A stretch of 60,754 nucleotides of DNA, counting the filler, from an uncultured bacterium (GTDB taxonomy: Bacteria; DAOPZR01): NCBI GenBank assembly GCA_964637655.1. It is 6 parts of 6 records of this genome, joined end to end, with 100 filler letters (N's around TTAATTAATTAA, not from the genome) between each part and the next. Parts side by side here need not be neighbours in the genome. Positions count along the whole stretch, not along the records: positions 1 to 10,097 come from CAZWUZ010000136.1; 5 more parts are not named here. The stretch is one strand, 5' to 3'. The notes under the pieces are model-generated. The model saw nothing but the letters and a program-made list of their open reading frames with translations. It ran no database searches and was not told the origin of the DNA. The position numbers and the translations under genes are program-made. Below, in pieces: positions 1-8,689 of the stretch. Position 1 is the first letter of the stretch, and the number at the start of each line of letters is the position of its first letter.

Positions 1-285
1 CCGGAAACAGTAAAGAATTTTCTTGAAAGCGAACTGAAATATGCGGGGTATATTGAGCGTGAGAAACGCCTGAATAAGGGAACCGATGAACTGGAAAAGG
101 AAAAAATACCGCGTGATTTCCCTTTCCTTGAACTGATGGCAATGAGTTTTGAGTCACGGCAGAAAATGGCGAAAATCATGCCTGCAACTGTGGCACAGGC
201 AGCGCGCATTCCCGGGGTCAGGCGCGCTGACATTGAAGTGCTGCGCATCTTCCTGCAGAAAAAGGAATGGCGTCATGGTGCATGA
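1..285 (+). CDS. mnmG: tRNA uridine-5-carboxymethylaminomethyl modification enzyme MnmG/GidA, 3' end (partial)
   Basis: Frame 1 reads ...ELKYAGYIERE...SFESRQKMAKIMPATVAQAARIPGVRRADIEVL...GA*, matching the GidA C-terminal domain; lies directly upstream of rsmG-parA-parB. Confidence 0.9.
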   Translation, partial: PETVKNFLESELKYAGYIEREKRLNKGTDELEKEKIPRDFPFLELMAMSFESRQKMAKIMPATVAQAARIPGVRRADIEVLRIFLQKKEWRHGA

Positions 286-841
286 CCTTACCGCCAGCCA
301 GCGCACGACGATCGACGCGTATGTTGCCCTGTTGCTGGCCATGAATGAAAAGCTGAACCTCACCGGGGCAAGTTCGCAAGACAGGGTCTGGTCTGAACTG
401 ATCACTCCAGCGCTTGGCTTTATCCCGTATCTTGCGGGGAAGAGCATTGCTGATATCGGGAGCGGCAATGGTATTCCCGGGGTGATCATAAAAATAATCT
501 GTCCTGATTTTCGTGTCACGCTTATTGAAAGCAGAAAGAAGCGCACTGCCTTTTTGCGCGAAGTTGCCTACGCGCTCTCCCTCGATCTTGAAATTATCGA
601 GGCGCGTGCTGAGCAGGTCAGCAACAGGAAATTTTCCTCAGTTGTCGGGTTTCGTGTTGCCCCTCTCGCTGATTTTCTTGTACTGGCAAAACCGCTGCTT
701 GATAGCGCTGGCGTTGTTGTGCAGCACGCACCCGACGCCATTCCCGGAAGCAAGGTTCGCACAGTTGACAAGAAGAATGGCATTTGGTATTATACCAAAG
801 GTGATGACAATTTTCTCGTCGCGCATCCATGTTTCACGTGA
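275..841 (+). CDS. rsmG: 16S rRNA m7G527 methyltransferase RsmG/GidB
   Basis: N..LNLT, DIGSGNGIPG (SAM binding), LIES..KR..FL and RAE motifs; ATG at 275 overlaps the mnmG end. Confidence 0.9.
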   Translation: MVHDLTASQRTTIDAYVALLLAMNEKLNLTGASSQDRVWSELITPALGFIPYLAGKSIADIGSGNGIPGVIIKIICPDFRVTLIESRKKRTAFLREVAYALSLDLEIIEARAEQVSNRKFSSVVGFRVAPLADFLVLAKPLLDSAGVVVQHAPDAIPGSKVRTVDKKNGIWYYTKGDDNFLVAHPCFT

Positions 842-845
842 AACA
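830..845. promoter_or_regulatory. parS centromere-like site
   Basis: Perfect palindrome TGTTTCACGTGAAACA matching the chromosomal parS consensus, ~220 bp upstream of parAB. Confidence 0.95.
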
Positions 846-859
846 TTGCTGCACGAAAA

Positions 860-1020
860 CTGTTAGTAAAAATGTGGATAACTGCAGTTTGGTTTTGTAA
901 GTAATTGATATATAAAGTTTTGCATTACGTTATCTGTTGTGGATGGTTAGGATGTTGATAGATTGTTATCAACGTGTTGGCGGGTGTTGAATGTCACGGG
1001 AACGTAACGTGATTTTTCAG
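860..1020. promoter_or_regulatory. AT-rich DnaA-box cluster with IHF-like site
   Basis: TGTGGATAA (873-881, perfect), TGTGGATGG (938-946), TGTTGATAG (953-961), TTATCAACG (966-974); 898-910 reads TATCAATTACTTA on the minus strand, matching WATCAANNNNTTR. Confidence 0.7.
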
Positions 1021-1061
1021 ATAAAACGACAGGTTATGACTTCAGCAGACAGGGAAACGGC

Positions 1062-1835
1062 ATGGCGGAACTCATCGCGATAGCAAACCAAAAAGGTGGC
1101 GTAGGGAAGACCACCACGACCATCAATATTGCCGCCATCGCCGCGCAACTCGGCAAGCGCGTCCTGCTGGTCGATCTCGACCCGCAGGCGAATGCCACCA
1201 GCGGCCTCTCCATCGTGCTTCCTGACGGGGCCCCGACGATCTATGACGTGCTCATCAACCGCGTCCCTGCCGCTGACAGCATTATTGCTTCCGCCATCGA
1301 CCACCTTGCCGTGCTCCCCTCCGGGAGCGCGCTGTCGGGCGCGCGCATCGAACTGATTGAGAATTTCCCGCGCGGCGAGCGTGAATTCGTGCTGCGCCGT
1401 GCGCTTGAAGTCATTCGCGACCGCTACGATTTCATCTTCATCGATACCGCGCCGTCGCTCGATATCATCACGCTCAACGCGCTGACCGCGGCCGATAGTG
1501 TCCTCATTCCCCTGCAATGCGAATATTTCGCCCTCGAGGGACTGGGTGCCATCTGGGCGACCATCGAGCAGGTCAAGGACACGCTCAACCCCGACCTGAC
1601 GCTGCGCGGCATCGCCCTGACCATGTTCAACGCCAGCACGCGCCTGTCGCACGAGGTGGTGCGTGAGGTGCGCGAAAAGTGCGGGGCGCTCGCCTTTGAG
1701 ACGGTCGTTTCGCGCACGGTGAAGTTCTCCGAGGCCTCGAGTCACGGCAAAGCCATCACCATCCATGCCCCGAATTCGCCGGGCGCGCTTGCCTATACCA
1801 ACCTCACGAAGGAAGTGATCCGCCATGTCGACTAA
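1062..1835 (+). CDS. parA: Chromosome partitioning ATPase ParA/Soj
   Basis: NQKGGVGKTTT deviant Walker A, DLDPQANAT, IDTAPSL, PLQCEYFALEG. Confidence 0.97.
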   Translation: MAELIAIANQKGGVGKTTTTINIAAIAAQLGKRVLLVDLDPQANATSGLSIVLPDGAPTIYDVLINRVPAADSIIASAIDHLAVLPSGSALSGARIELIENFPRGEREFVLRRALEVIRDRYDFIFIDTAPSLDIITLNALTAADSVLIPLQCEYFALEGLGAIWATIEQVKDTLNPDLTLRGIALTMFNASTRLSHEVVREVREKCGALAFETVVSRTVKFSEASSHGKAITIHAPNSPGALAYTNLTKEVIRHVD

Positions 1836-2691
1836 CCCGTCCACCCGTAAACCCGCGCTTGGCCGCGGTCTTGGCGCGCTGATCGCCCCGCCGCCGGCCG
1901 CGGCCCCGGCGGCCGTCGCGCGCCCGCAGGGGCTGCAGCAGGTGCCGCTGGACAGAATCGATCCCAACCCGCATCAGCCGCGCAAGCAGTTCGACGAGCA
2001 GGCGATCCGCGAACTGGCCGATTCGATCAGCGTGCACGGCCTGCTGGCGCCGCTCACCGTGCGCCCGCGCGGTGAGCGCTTCGAACTGATCGCCGGCGAG
2101 CGGCGCTTCCGCGCGCTGCAGCTGCTCGACCGCGGCGAGGCGCTGGCGTTCGTCCGCCAGGTGAGTGACGCGCAGTCGATGGTGCTGGCCCTGACCGAGA
2201 ACATCCAGCGGGCCGAACTCAACGCCATGGAAATCGCGCACGGCTTCGCCCTGCTCGCCGAGGAGGGACTTACGCACCAGGAAATCGCGCAGCGGGTGGG
2301 CAAGAGCCGTGCCGCCGTCACCAACCACCTGCGCCTGCTGCAGCTTCCCGAGATGGTGCGGGCCGCGCTGCTGGCGGGCAAACTCGACGCGGGACATGCA
2401 CGGGCGCTGCTGGCGCTCGACGACGCGGAGCAGATGCAGGAACTGGCGCGGCAGATCATGGCGCAGCAGTTGTCCGTGCGCGACGCCGAGCAGCTGGCCT
2501 CCGGGCGCAAGGCGGAAAAAGGGAAACGCCCGGCGAAGCCGCGCGACGCGAACATCCGCGCGCTCGAGGAGAAGTTCGGCGAGCAGCTGGCGACGAAAGT
2601 GACGGTGCGCGGCGGCAAACGGGGCGGCACGGTGGTCATCCGCTTCCGTTCGCTCGACGATTTCGAGCGCATCTTCCGGAAACTGCTGTGA
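1825..2691 (+). CDS. parB: Chromosome partitioning protein ParB/Spo0J
   Basis: LGRGLGALI, NPHQPRKQF, IAGERRFRA, ENIQR, HTH (GKSRAAVTNHLRLL). Confidence 0.97.
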   Translation: MSTNPSTRKPALGRGLGALIAPPPAAAPAAVARPQGLQQVPLDRIDPNPHQPRKQFDEQAIRELADSISVHGLLAPLTVRPRGERFELIAGERRFRALQLLDRGEALAFVRQVSDAQSMVLALTENIQRAELNAMEIAHGFALLAEEGLTHQEIAQRVGKSRAAVTNHLRLLQLPEMVRAALLAGKLDAGHARALLALDDAEQMQELARQIMAQQLSVRDAEQLASGRKAEKGKRPAKPRDANIRALEEKFGEQLATKVTVRGGKRGGTVVIRFRSLDDFERIFRKLL

Positions 2692-2701
2692 CGGGAACGG
2701 C

Positions 2702-3784
2702 ATGCGACCGCTGACGCTCGAGCGTGCGCAGGCGGGGATGGTGCTGGCCCGCACGGTCTACGCGCTCGACGGCAAGCCTCTGCTGCAGCGCGGCCAGCTG
2801 CTCACCACTGACCACTGCCAGTCGCTGGCGGAGCACGGGGTGCGCACGGTCTACATCGAGGCGCGCCATACCGACGACGTGGTCATCCGCGACGTCATCG
2901 ACGACGGCACCCGGCTCACCGCCATCGCCCTGATGGGGCGGGTGCTGCGTGACATCCAGCGGACGCCGGCCGGGGAACCGGTGCACCTGCCGGTGCTCGA
3001 TATCAAGCGCGCCGCTAACGATATCGTCGACCAGCTGCGCCGCGTGCGCAACATCACGGTCAATGCCGTCGACCTCAAGAACACCGAGAACTATACCGCC
3101 GCGCACAGCGTCAACACCGCCGTGCTCGCCGCGCTCATCGGCATCAAGGCGGGGATGCTGCTGGACACGCTCTACGACCTGACGCTGGGCGCGCTGCTGC
3201 ACGACCTGGGCAAGGCGCGCACCCCGCCCGAGGTGCTCGACAAGCCGGGCAAACTGACGAAAGACGAATTCGCGGTGATGCAGGAGCACTCGGAGCAGGG
3301 CTACCGCATCGTCACGCAGCATCGCGACATTTCCGCCACGTCGGCCATCGTCTCGCTGCAGCATCACGAAAAGTGCAACGCCAACGGCTACCCGCGCGGG
3401 CTGGCGAAGGAGAAGATCCACGATTTCGCGCGTATCACCGCGGTGGCGGATGTCTATGACGCGCTCTCTTCCGACCGTATCTACAAGAAGCGCATGCTGC
3501 CGCATATGGCGCTGCGCATCATCGCCGGGGCGGACAGTTCGCATTTCGACGAGCGCTACGTGAAGTTCTTTGTCGCCAATGTCGCCTCCTACCCGCCGGG
3601 GACGCTGGTGCAGATCTCCTCGGGTGACCGCGGCATCGTTACCGCCCCGGGGACGCGCAACCTGCATCAGCCGGTGGTGCGCATCCTGCGCACGCGCACC
3701 GGCCTCGAAGTGCCGAAACCGTACGAGGTCGATCTCTCGGTCTTCACCACCTACACTGTCACCGATATCGTCGAGGACCTGTGA
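2702..3784 (+). CDS. HD-GYP domain c-di-GMP phosphodiesterase
   Basis: HSVN, LLHDLGK, HHEKCNANGYPRGL, VADVYDAL..R.YK. Confidence 0.9.
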   Translation: MRPLTLERAQAGMVLARTVYALDGKPLLQRGQLLTTDHCQSLAEHGVRTVYIEARHTDDVVIRDVIDDGTRLTAIALMGRVLRDIQRTPAGEPVHLPVLDIKRAANDIVDQLRRVRNITVNAVDLKNTENYTAAHSVNTAVLAALIGIKAGMLLDTLYDLTLGALLHDLGKARTPPEVLDKPGKLTKDEFAVMQEHSEQGYRIVTQHRDISATSAIVSLQHHEKCNANGYPRGLAKEKIHDFARITAVADVYDALSSDRIYKKRMLPHMALRIIAGADSSHFDERYVKFFVANVASYPPGTLVQISSGDRGIVTAPGTRNLHQPVVRILRTRTGLEVPKPYEVDLSVFTTYTVTDIVEDL

Positions 3785-5388
3785 AGCGCCCTGACGCGCA
3801 CCTGCCGGTACACCTGCTGCTCGCGCTGGTCTGCGGCCTGCTCCTCTGGGCCGCCTTCCCGGGGGCCGATGCCTGGTACCTCGCCTGGGTGGGCCTCATC
3901 CCGCTCTTTGCCATCGGTGAAGTGCGCGGCCTGCTGCGCCCCATGCTGCTCGCCTTTGCCGCCGGGGCGGTTTTTTTCGGCCTCCTGACGTCGTGGGCGC
4001 GCGCCTTTCACCCGCTCGCCTGGCCCTTTCTGACCGTCGCCAATGCCCTGTTCTGGGCGGCTTTCATGCTCGGCTACAAGCTGCTCCGCCGCCGCTACCT
4101 CTACTGGACCTTCCTGCTGGTGCCCGCCTGGTGGGTGGCAGTCGAGCATTTCCGCGCCACTGGCTACTGGGGCTTTTCGTGGGGCGTGCTCGGCTATACG
4201 CAGTGGCAGCAGGCGCCGCTGCTGCAACTTACCGTGCTGACCGGTATCACCGGCATCTCGTTGCTCCTCGTGGCGGCGAACTACACCCTGTTCCGTCTCG
4301 GCCTGTGCGGCCTGCGCGATAACCGCGTGCTGATGCTCGCGGCGCTGCAGGTGGTGCTGCTGGTGGCGGTGCTGCTCAGCGGGCAGCAGGCGCTGCCGCC
4401 GCGCTACGGCGACGACCTGACCGCGGTCGCCCCCGTGCCGGCCGGGAGCATCCGCGTGGCGATGGTACAGCCGAATTTTCCGCCGCAGCTGGCATGGGAT
4501 GACGATGCCGCCCGCAACGGCTACCTGCGTACCCTGCGCAACCTGACGGAACAGGCGGCGGTGCATGCACCCGACCTGGTCATCTGGGCGGAGACCGCCA
4601 TCCCCTTTCCGCTGACACGCGGCGCGGACGGGCGCTGGCACGACCCGCTGCCGGCGGCGTTCTGGCAGGCCGCCACGCGCGGACGCTTTCACCTGCTGGT
4701 CGGGCGCCCGGTCACACTCTTCGCCGGCGGCCGCAGTCGCGATTACAACTGCATGGTGCTGCACGCTCCGTCGGGTGAGCCGCTCGATTTCGCGGGGAAG
4801 GAACATCTCGTCCCCTTCGGGGAAACCCTGCCGTATCTCGAGGAAGTGGCGTGGGTGCGTGCGTTCGGCGCCTCGCTCGGCATCTCCGGGTACAGCCCGC
4901 TGACGGGGCGCACCCTGCTGCGCCTGCCCGGGGCGGTGCTCGGGTCGCTGGTCTGCTACGAGGCGACGTTCGGCGACCTGACGCGGCGGCGGGTGCGTGA
5001 CGGAGCCACCCTGCTGCTCAATATTACCAACGATGTCTGGTCGCTCTCCGCCGATGCGCACCGCCAGCATTTCGCCATGAGCGTGGTGCGCGCGGCGGAG
5101 ACGCGCACGCCGCTGGTGCGTGCCGGCAACAGCGGCATCTGCGCGGTGGCGGATGCGTACGGGCGGGTGCAGGCGGTGACGGAACCGCTGCGCGAGCACC
5201 TGCTGTACGAGGATGTGCTGCCCGCGAACGGCGCGCCCACCACGTATGTCCGCTACGGTGACTGGCTGGCGCTGCTCTGCGCGGCGGGCTGCCTGCCGGT
5301 GCTGCTGCGCTGCGCGCTGGGGCAACTGCGGCGCCCGGCGCGGCGCCGGGCGCGGTATGAGGTGCCGCCGGCGGAGGATGGCGCATGA
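3781..5388 (+). CDS. lnt: Apolipoprotein N-acyltransferase
   Basis: N-terminal TM helices, VQPN, IWAET, KEHLVPFGE, VCYE, NITND.W, RAAE..PLVRAGNSGI. Confidence 0.93.
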   Translation: MKRPDAHLPVHLLLALVCGLLLWAAFPGADAWYLAWVGLIPLFAIGEVRGLLRPMLLAFAAGAVFFGLLTSWARAFHPLAWPFLTVANALFWAAFMLGYKLLRRRYLYWTFLLVPAWWVAVEHFRATGYWGFSWGVLGYTQWQQAPLLQLTVLTGITGISLLLVAANYTLFRLGLCGLRDNRVLMLAALQVVLLVAVLLSGQQALPPRYGDDLTAVAPVPAGSIRVAMVQPNFPPQLAWDDDAARNGYLRTLRNLTEQAAVHAPDLVIWAETAIPFPLTRGADGRWHDPLPAAFWQAATRGRFHLLVGRPVTLFAGGRSRDYNCMVLHAPSGEPLDFAGKEHLVPFGETLPYLEEVAWVRAFGASLGISGYSPLTGRTLLRLPGAVLGSLVCYEATFGDLTRRRVRDGATLLLNITNDVWSLSADAHRQHFAMSVVRAAETRTPLVRAGNSGICAVADAYGRVQAVTEPLREHLLYEDVLPANGAPTTYVRYGDWLALLCAAGCLPVLLRCALGQLRRPARRRARYEVPPAEDGA

Positions 5389-6389
5389 CGGAACTGCTGG
5401 TCGAGGCCGGGCTGCTGGTCCTCTGCCTCGTCGCCTCCGCCGGTGTTTCCGGTTTCGAGACGGCGCTTTTTTCGCTCGACCGCTTCCGCCTGGCCGAACT
5501 GGAAAAAAAGCGCACGCGCGGGGCGAAGGTGGTGCGCGAACTGCTCGCCGCCCCGTACACGACGCTGATCACCATCCTCATTGCCAACCTGCTGGTCAAT
5601 ACCGCGGCCGCCGCGCTGATGACCGCGGTCTGCGTCCGCGTGTTCGGGGATGAGGGTATCGGTATCGCCATCGGGGTGATGACCTTTGTTTTGCTGATCT
5701 GCGGCGAGTATACTCCCAAGGCCTACAGCATGGCGCATGCCGCCGCGGTGGCCCAGCGGCTGGGCCGTCCCGTCCAGTACCTGACCCAGGTGCTGGCACC
5801 GCTCATTTTCGTCGTGCGCGGCATCAACAATGCCGTGCTGCAGCGCCTGGCGCGCACCTGGCCGGTGACGAAGGAATCGGCCATCACCGAGGACGAGGTG
5901 CGCACCCTGATCAAGGTGAGCGCGCGCGAAGGGCATCTCGACGCGCACGAGCGCGACTGGATCAACAACATCTTCCGCTTCTCCGATCTCGAGGTCAAGG
6001 ATGTCATGCAGCCGGTGCACGACGCGGTGATGCTCGATATCGACCGCCCGCGCAGCGCCATCGAGGCCGACCTGCGCCGCCACCAGTGCTCGCGTCTCCC
6101 CTGCTACCGCGGCAACCGCAACCACCTCGTCGGGGTGCTGCTGGTCAAGGATTACCTGCTCGATCCCGACCGTGACATCAGCGAGTCGCTGCGCCCGCCG
6201 CTGACGGTTCGCCCGCGCGAACGGGTCGACCGTCTCTTCCGCCGCTTCCAGCGCGAGCGTATGCACCTGGCCATCGTGCGGCAGGGCGAGGACGTGGTCG
6301 GCCTGGTCACGCTCGAAGATGTGCTCGAGGAGATCTTCGGTGACATCTACGACGAGCGCGACCTGGCACCGCCGGAGGGGGCGCGGTGA
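5385..6389 (+). CDS. CNNM (DUF21)-CBS domain membrane protein
   Basis: SGFETALFSL, TILIANLLVN, GEYTPK, CBS pair, GLVTLEDVLEEIFGDI; lacks a C-terminal CorC/HlyC domain. Confidence 0.9.
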   Translation: MTELLVEAGLLVLCLVASAGVSGFETALFSLDRFRLAELEKKRTRGAKVVRELLAAPYTTLITILIANLLVNTAAAALMTAVCVRVFGDEGIGIAIGVMTFVLLICGEYTPKAYSMAHAAAVAQRLGRPVQYLTQVLAPLIFVVRGINNAVLQRLARTWPVTKESAITEDEVRTLIKVSAREGHLDAHERDWINNIFRFSDLEVKDVMQPVHDAVMLDIDRPRSAIEADLRRHQCSRLPCYRGNRNHLVGVLLVKDYLLDPDRDISESLRPPLTVRPRERVDRLFRRFQRERMHLAIVRQGEDVVGLVTLEDVLEEIFGDIYDERDLAPPEGAR

Positions 6390-7666
6390 GCGAACTGTTC
6401 CTGCTGGCCGGGGCACTGGTGCTCTATGGCGCCTGCATGGTCGGCTCGTTCTTTTTCTCGGGGAGCGAGACGGGGATGATCTCGCTCAACAAGCCGCGCC
6501 TGCGTCATCTGGCGGAGCAGGGAAACCGCCGCGCGCAGCGCCTGCTGCGCTGGGTGCCGCGTCAGGACACGTACCTCTCGACCATCCTCATCGGCAACAA
6601 CCTGGTCAACGTCACCGCCACGGCCATCGCGACCGCCGTCGGCATCCGCTACCTCGGCCCCTACCGCGGGGCGCTGGTCGCCACGGTGGTCAATACCGCG
6701 GTGTTCCTCGTCTGCTGCGAGGTTCTGCCCAAGGCGATTTTCCGGCAGTATGCCAACCGTCTGATGCTCGAACTGGCCGGACTCTTTCACCTCTCCGTCA
6801 TGCTGCTGCTGCTTCCCAGTCACCTGTTCGCCTTTATCGCGCGGGTCATCTTCCGCGTGCTCAATGTCCCCCCGCCGGCGGCGAAATCCGGGGTGGGCAA
6901 GGACGAACTGCGCATCATCCTGCGCACCGGGCAGGAAGAGGGGGAATTCACCGCCGAGGAGCACGCGATGATCACCCAGGTCTTCGACATGGGCAAGACG
7001 CGCACGCGCGAAGTGATGATCCCGCTCATCGATGTCGAGATGGTCAGTGAGACGGCGACCGTGGACGAATTTCTCGCACTCGCCCGCCGCACGGGTTACT
7101 CGCGCTTTCCCGTCTACCGCGAACGGGTCGATGAGGTTGTCGGGGTGATTGCCGTGTATGATGTGCTCTTTGCCGCGGAGCCGACCCCGACGGTGGCCGG
7201 GATGATGCGCCCGCCGCATTTCGTGCCCGAGACCAAGCCCGCCGACGAACTGCTGCGCGATATGCAGCAGCAGCGGCTGGCGGCCAAGGTGGTGGTGGAC
7301 GAATTCGGCGGTGCGGTCGGGTTTGTCACCATGGAGCAGATCCTCGAACAGGTTGTCGGGGAAATCCACGACGAAGGCGACGACATCGAGATCTGGTACC
7401 GGCAGATCAGCGCGAATGTCTGGGTGGTCGACGGTGGTGCCGACATCGACGAACTCGGCAAGGTGCTCGGTATCACTCTGCCCAAGGACGGGTATGACAC
7501 GCTGGCGGGGCTGGTGCTTTTTGCGCTGGGCCGCGTGCCGCGGGCCGGGGAAAAGCTGGTGCGCAACGGCTATCGCCTGACCGTGCTGTCGATGGACGGG
7601 CCGGCGGTGGAGCGGGTCAAGGTGGAAAAACTCCCGGAGACGCCGGTGGAAACAGCCGGCACATGA
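6386..7666 (+). CDS. CNNM-CBS-CorC/HlyC domain membrane protein (hemolysin family, CorB-like)
   Basis: FFSGSETG, TILIGNNLVN, EVLPK, YSRFPV, VVDEFGG, GEIHDE, YDTLAGLV. Confidence 0.9.
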   Translation: MSELFLLAGALVLYGACMVGSFFFSGSETGMISLNKPRLRHLAEQGNRRAQRLLRWVPRQDTYLSTILIGNNLVNVTATAIATAVGIRYLGPYRGALVATVVNTAVFLVCCEVLPKAIFRQYANRLMLELAGLFHLSVMLLLLPSHLFAFIARVIFRVLNVPPPAAKSGVGKDELRIILRTGQEEGEFTAEEHAMITQVFDMGKTRTREVMIPLIDVEMVSETATVDEFLALARRTGYSRFPVYRERVDEVVGVIAVYDVLFAAEPTPTVAGMMRPPHFVPETKPADELLRDMQQQRLAAKVVVDEFGGAVGFVTMEQILEQVVGEIHDEGDDIEIWYRQISANVWVVDGGADIDELGKVLGITLPKDGYDTLAGLVLFALGRVPRAGEKLVRNGYRLTVLSMDGPAVERVKVEKLPETPVETAGT

Positions 7667-7673
7667 GGCATGC

Positions 7674-8561
7674 ATGCTGACCGACAACATTCTCGACCTG
7701 ATCGGCAACACCCCGCTGGTGCGGCTCACGGGAGAAAACGTCTACTGCAAGGCGGAATTTCTCAATCCCGGCGGCAGCATCAAGGACCGCGTGGCGCTGG
7801 CGATGATCGAGGGGGCGGAAGCGCGCGGCGTGCTGCGCCCCGACAGCATCATTATCGAGCCGACCTCGGGTAATACCGGCATCGGGCTCGCCCTTGTCGG
7901 GAAAATGAAGGGGTACCGGGTTATCGTGGTCATGCCGGAGAACATGAGCGCGGAACGCAAGAAACTCATCGTCGCGCTCGGGGCGGAACTGGTGCTGACG
8001 CCGGCGGCGGAGAGCATCGGCGGCGCGGTGCGGTACGTGGCGGAAACCGCGAAGACGGACCGCCGCTACTTCGTGCCGCAGCAGTTCGAGAATCCCGACA
8101 ATCCGAAAGTCCATTACAGCGAAACCGCGAAGGAACTGTGGCGGCAGATGTCGGGCGAAGTGGACTGTTTCGTCGCGGGCGTGGGGAGCGGCGGCACGTT
8201 GCAGGGGGTGGGGACGTTCCTGCGTGAGCACCGGCCCGGGGTGCGTATCGTCGCGGTGGAACCGAAAAATGTTTCCGCGCTGCTCGGGCATGAACCGGGC
8301 CTGCACCAGATCCAGGGTATCGGGGACGGGTTCATTCCGCAGATCCTCGACGTGAAGATTGTTGACGAAGTGATTGAGGTGACGGACGACGATGCCATTG
8401 CCACCGCCCGCGAACTGGGACAGAAGTTCGGCCTGCTGGTCGGGATTTCCTCCGGGGCCAATGTCTGGGCAGCCCGGCAGCTGGCGAAAAAAATCCGGGG
8501 AAACATTGCCACTGTTTTGCCTGACCGCGTGGAACGTTATTTCAGCACGTCCCTGATGTAG
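7674..8561 (+). CDS. cysK: Cysteine synthase A
   Basis: IGNTPLV, EFLNPGGSIKDR (PLP lysine), EPTSGNTGIGL, QQFENP.N, GSGGT, HQIQGIG, GISSGA. Confidence 0.95.
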   Translation: MLTDNILDLIGNTPLVRLTGENVYCKAEFLNPGGSIKDRVALAMIEGAEARGVLRPDSIIIEPTSGNTGIGLALVGKMKGYRVIVVMPENMSAERKKLIVALGAELVLTPAAESIGGAVRYVAETAKTDRRYFVPQQFENPDNPKVHYSETAKELWRQMSGEVDCFVAGVGSGGTLQGVGTFLREHRPGVRIVAVEPKNVSALLGHEPGLHQIQGIGDGFIPQILDVKIVDEVIEVTDDDAIATARELGQKFGLLVGISSGANVWAARQLAKKIRGNIATVLPDRVERYFSTSLM

Positions 8562-8677
8562 TTTCATGCCGTTCTGACAGTTGCGATCCAACGAACCCTA
8601 TCATATTGTCAGCACGACAGATGCAGCAAAAACCGCCACGAAATTGAAAAAGTCCCACATTTTTTACGGCAATCGGG

Positions 8678-8683
8678 TATAAT
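8678..8683 (+). promoter_or_regulatory. Sigma70-type -10 element for ncRNA copy 1
   Basis: Perfect TATAAT ending 7 nt before the first base of the terminal helix; no good -35 at 17-bp spacing. Confidence 0.6.
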
Positions 8684-8689
8684 AAGAGT

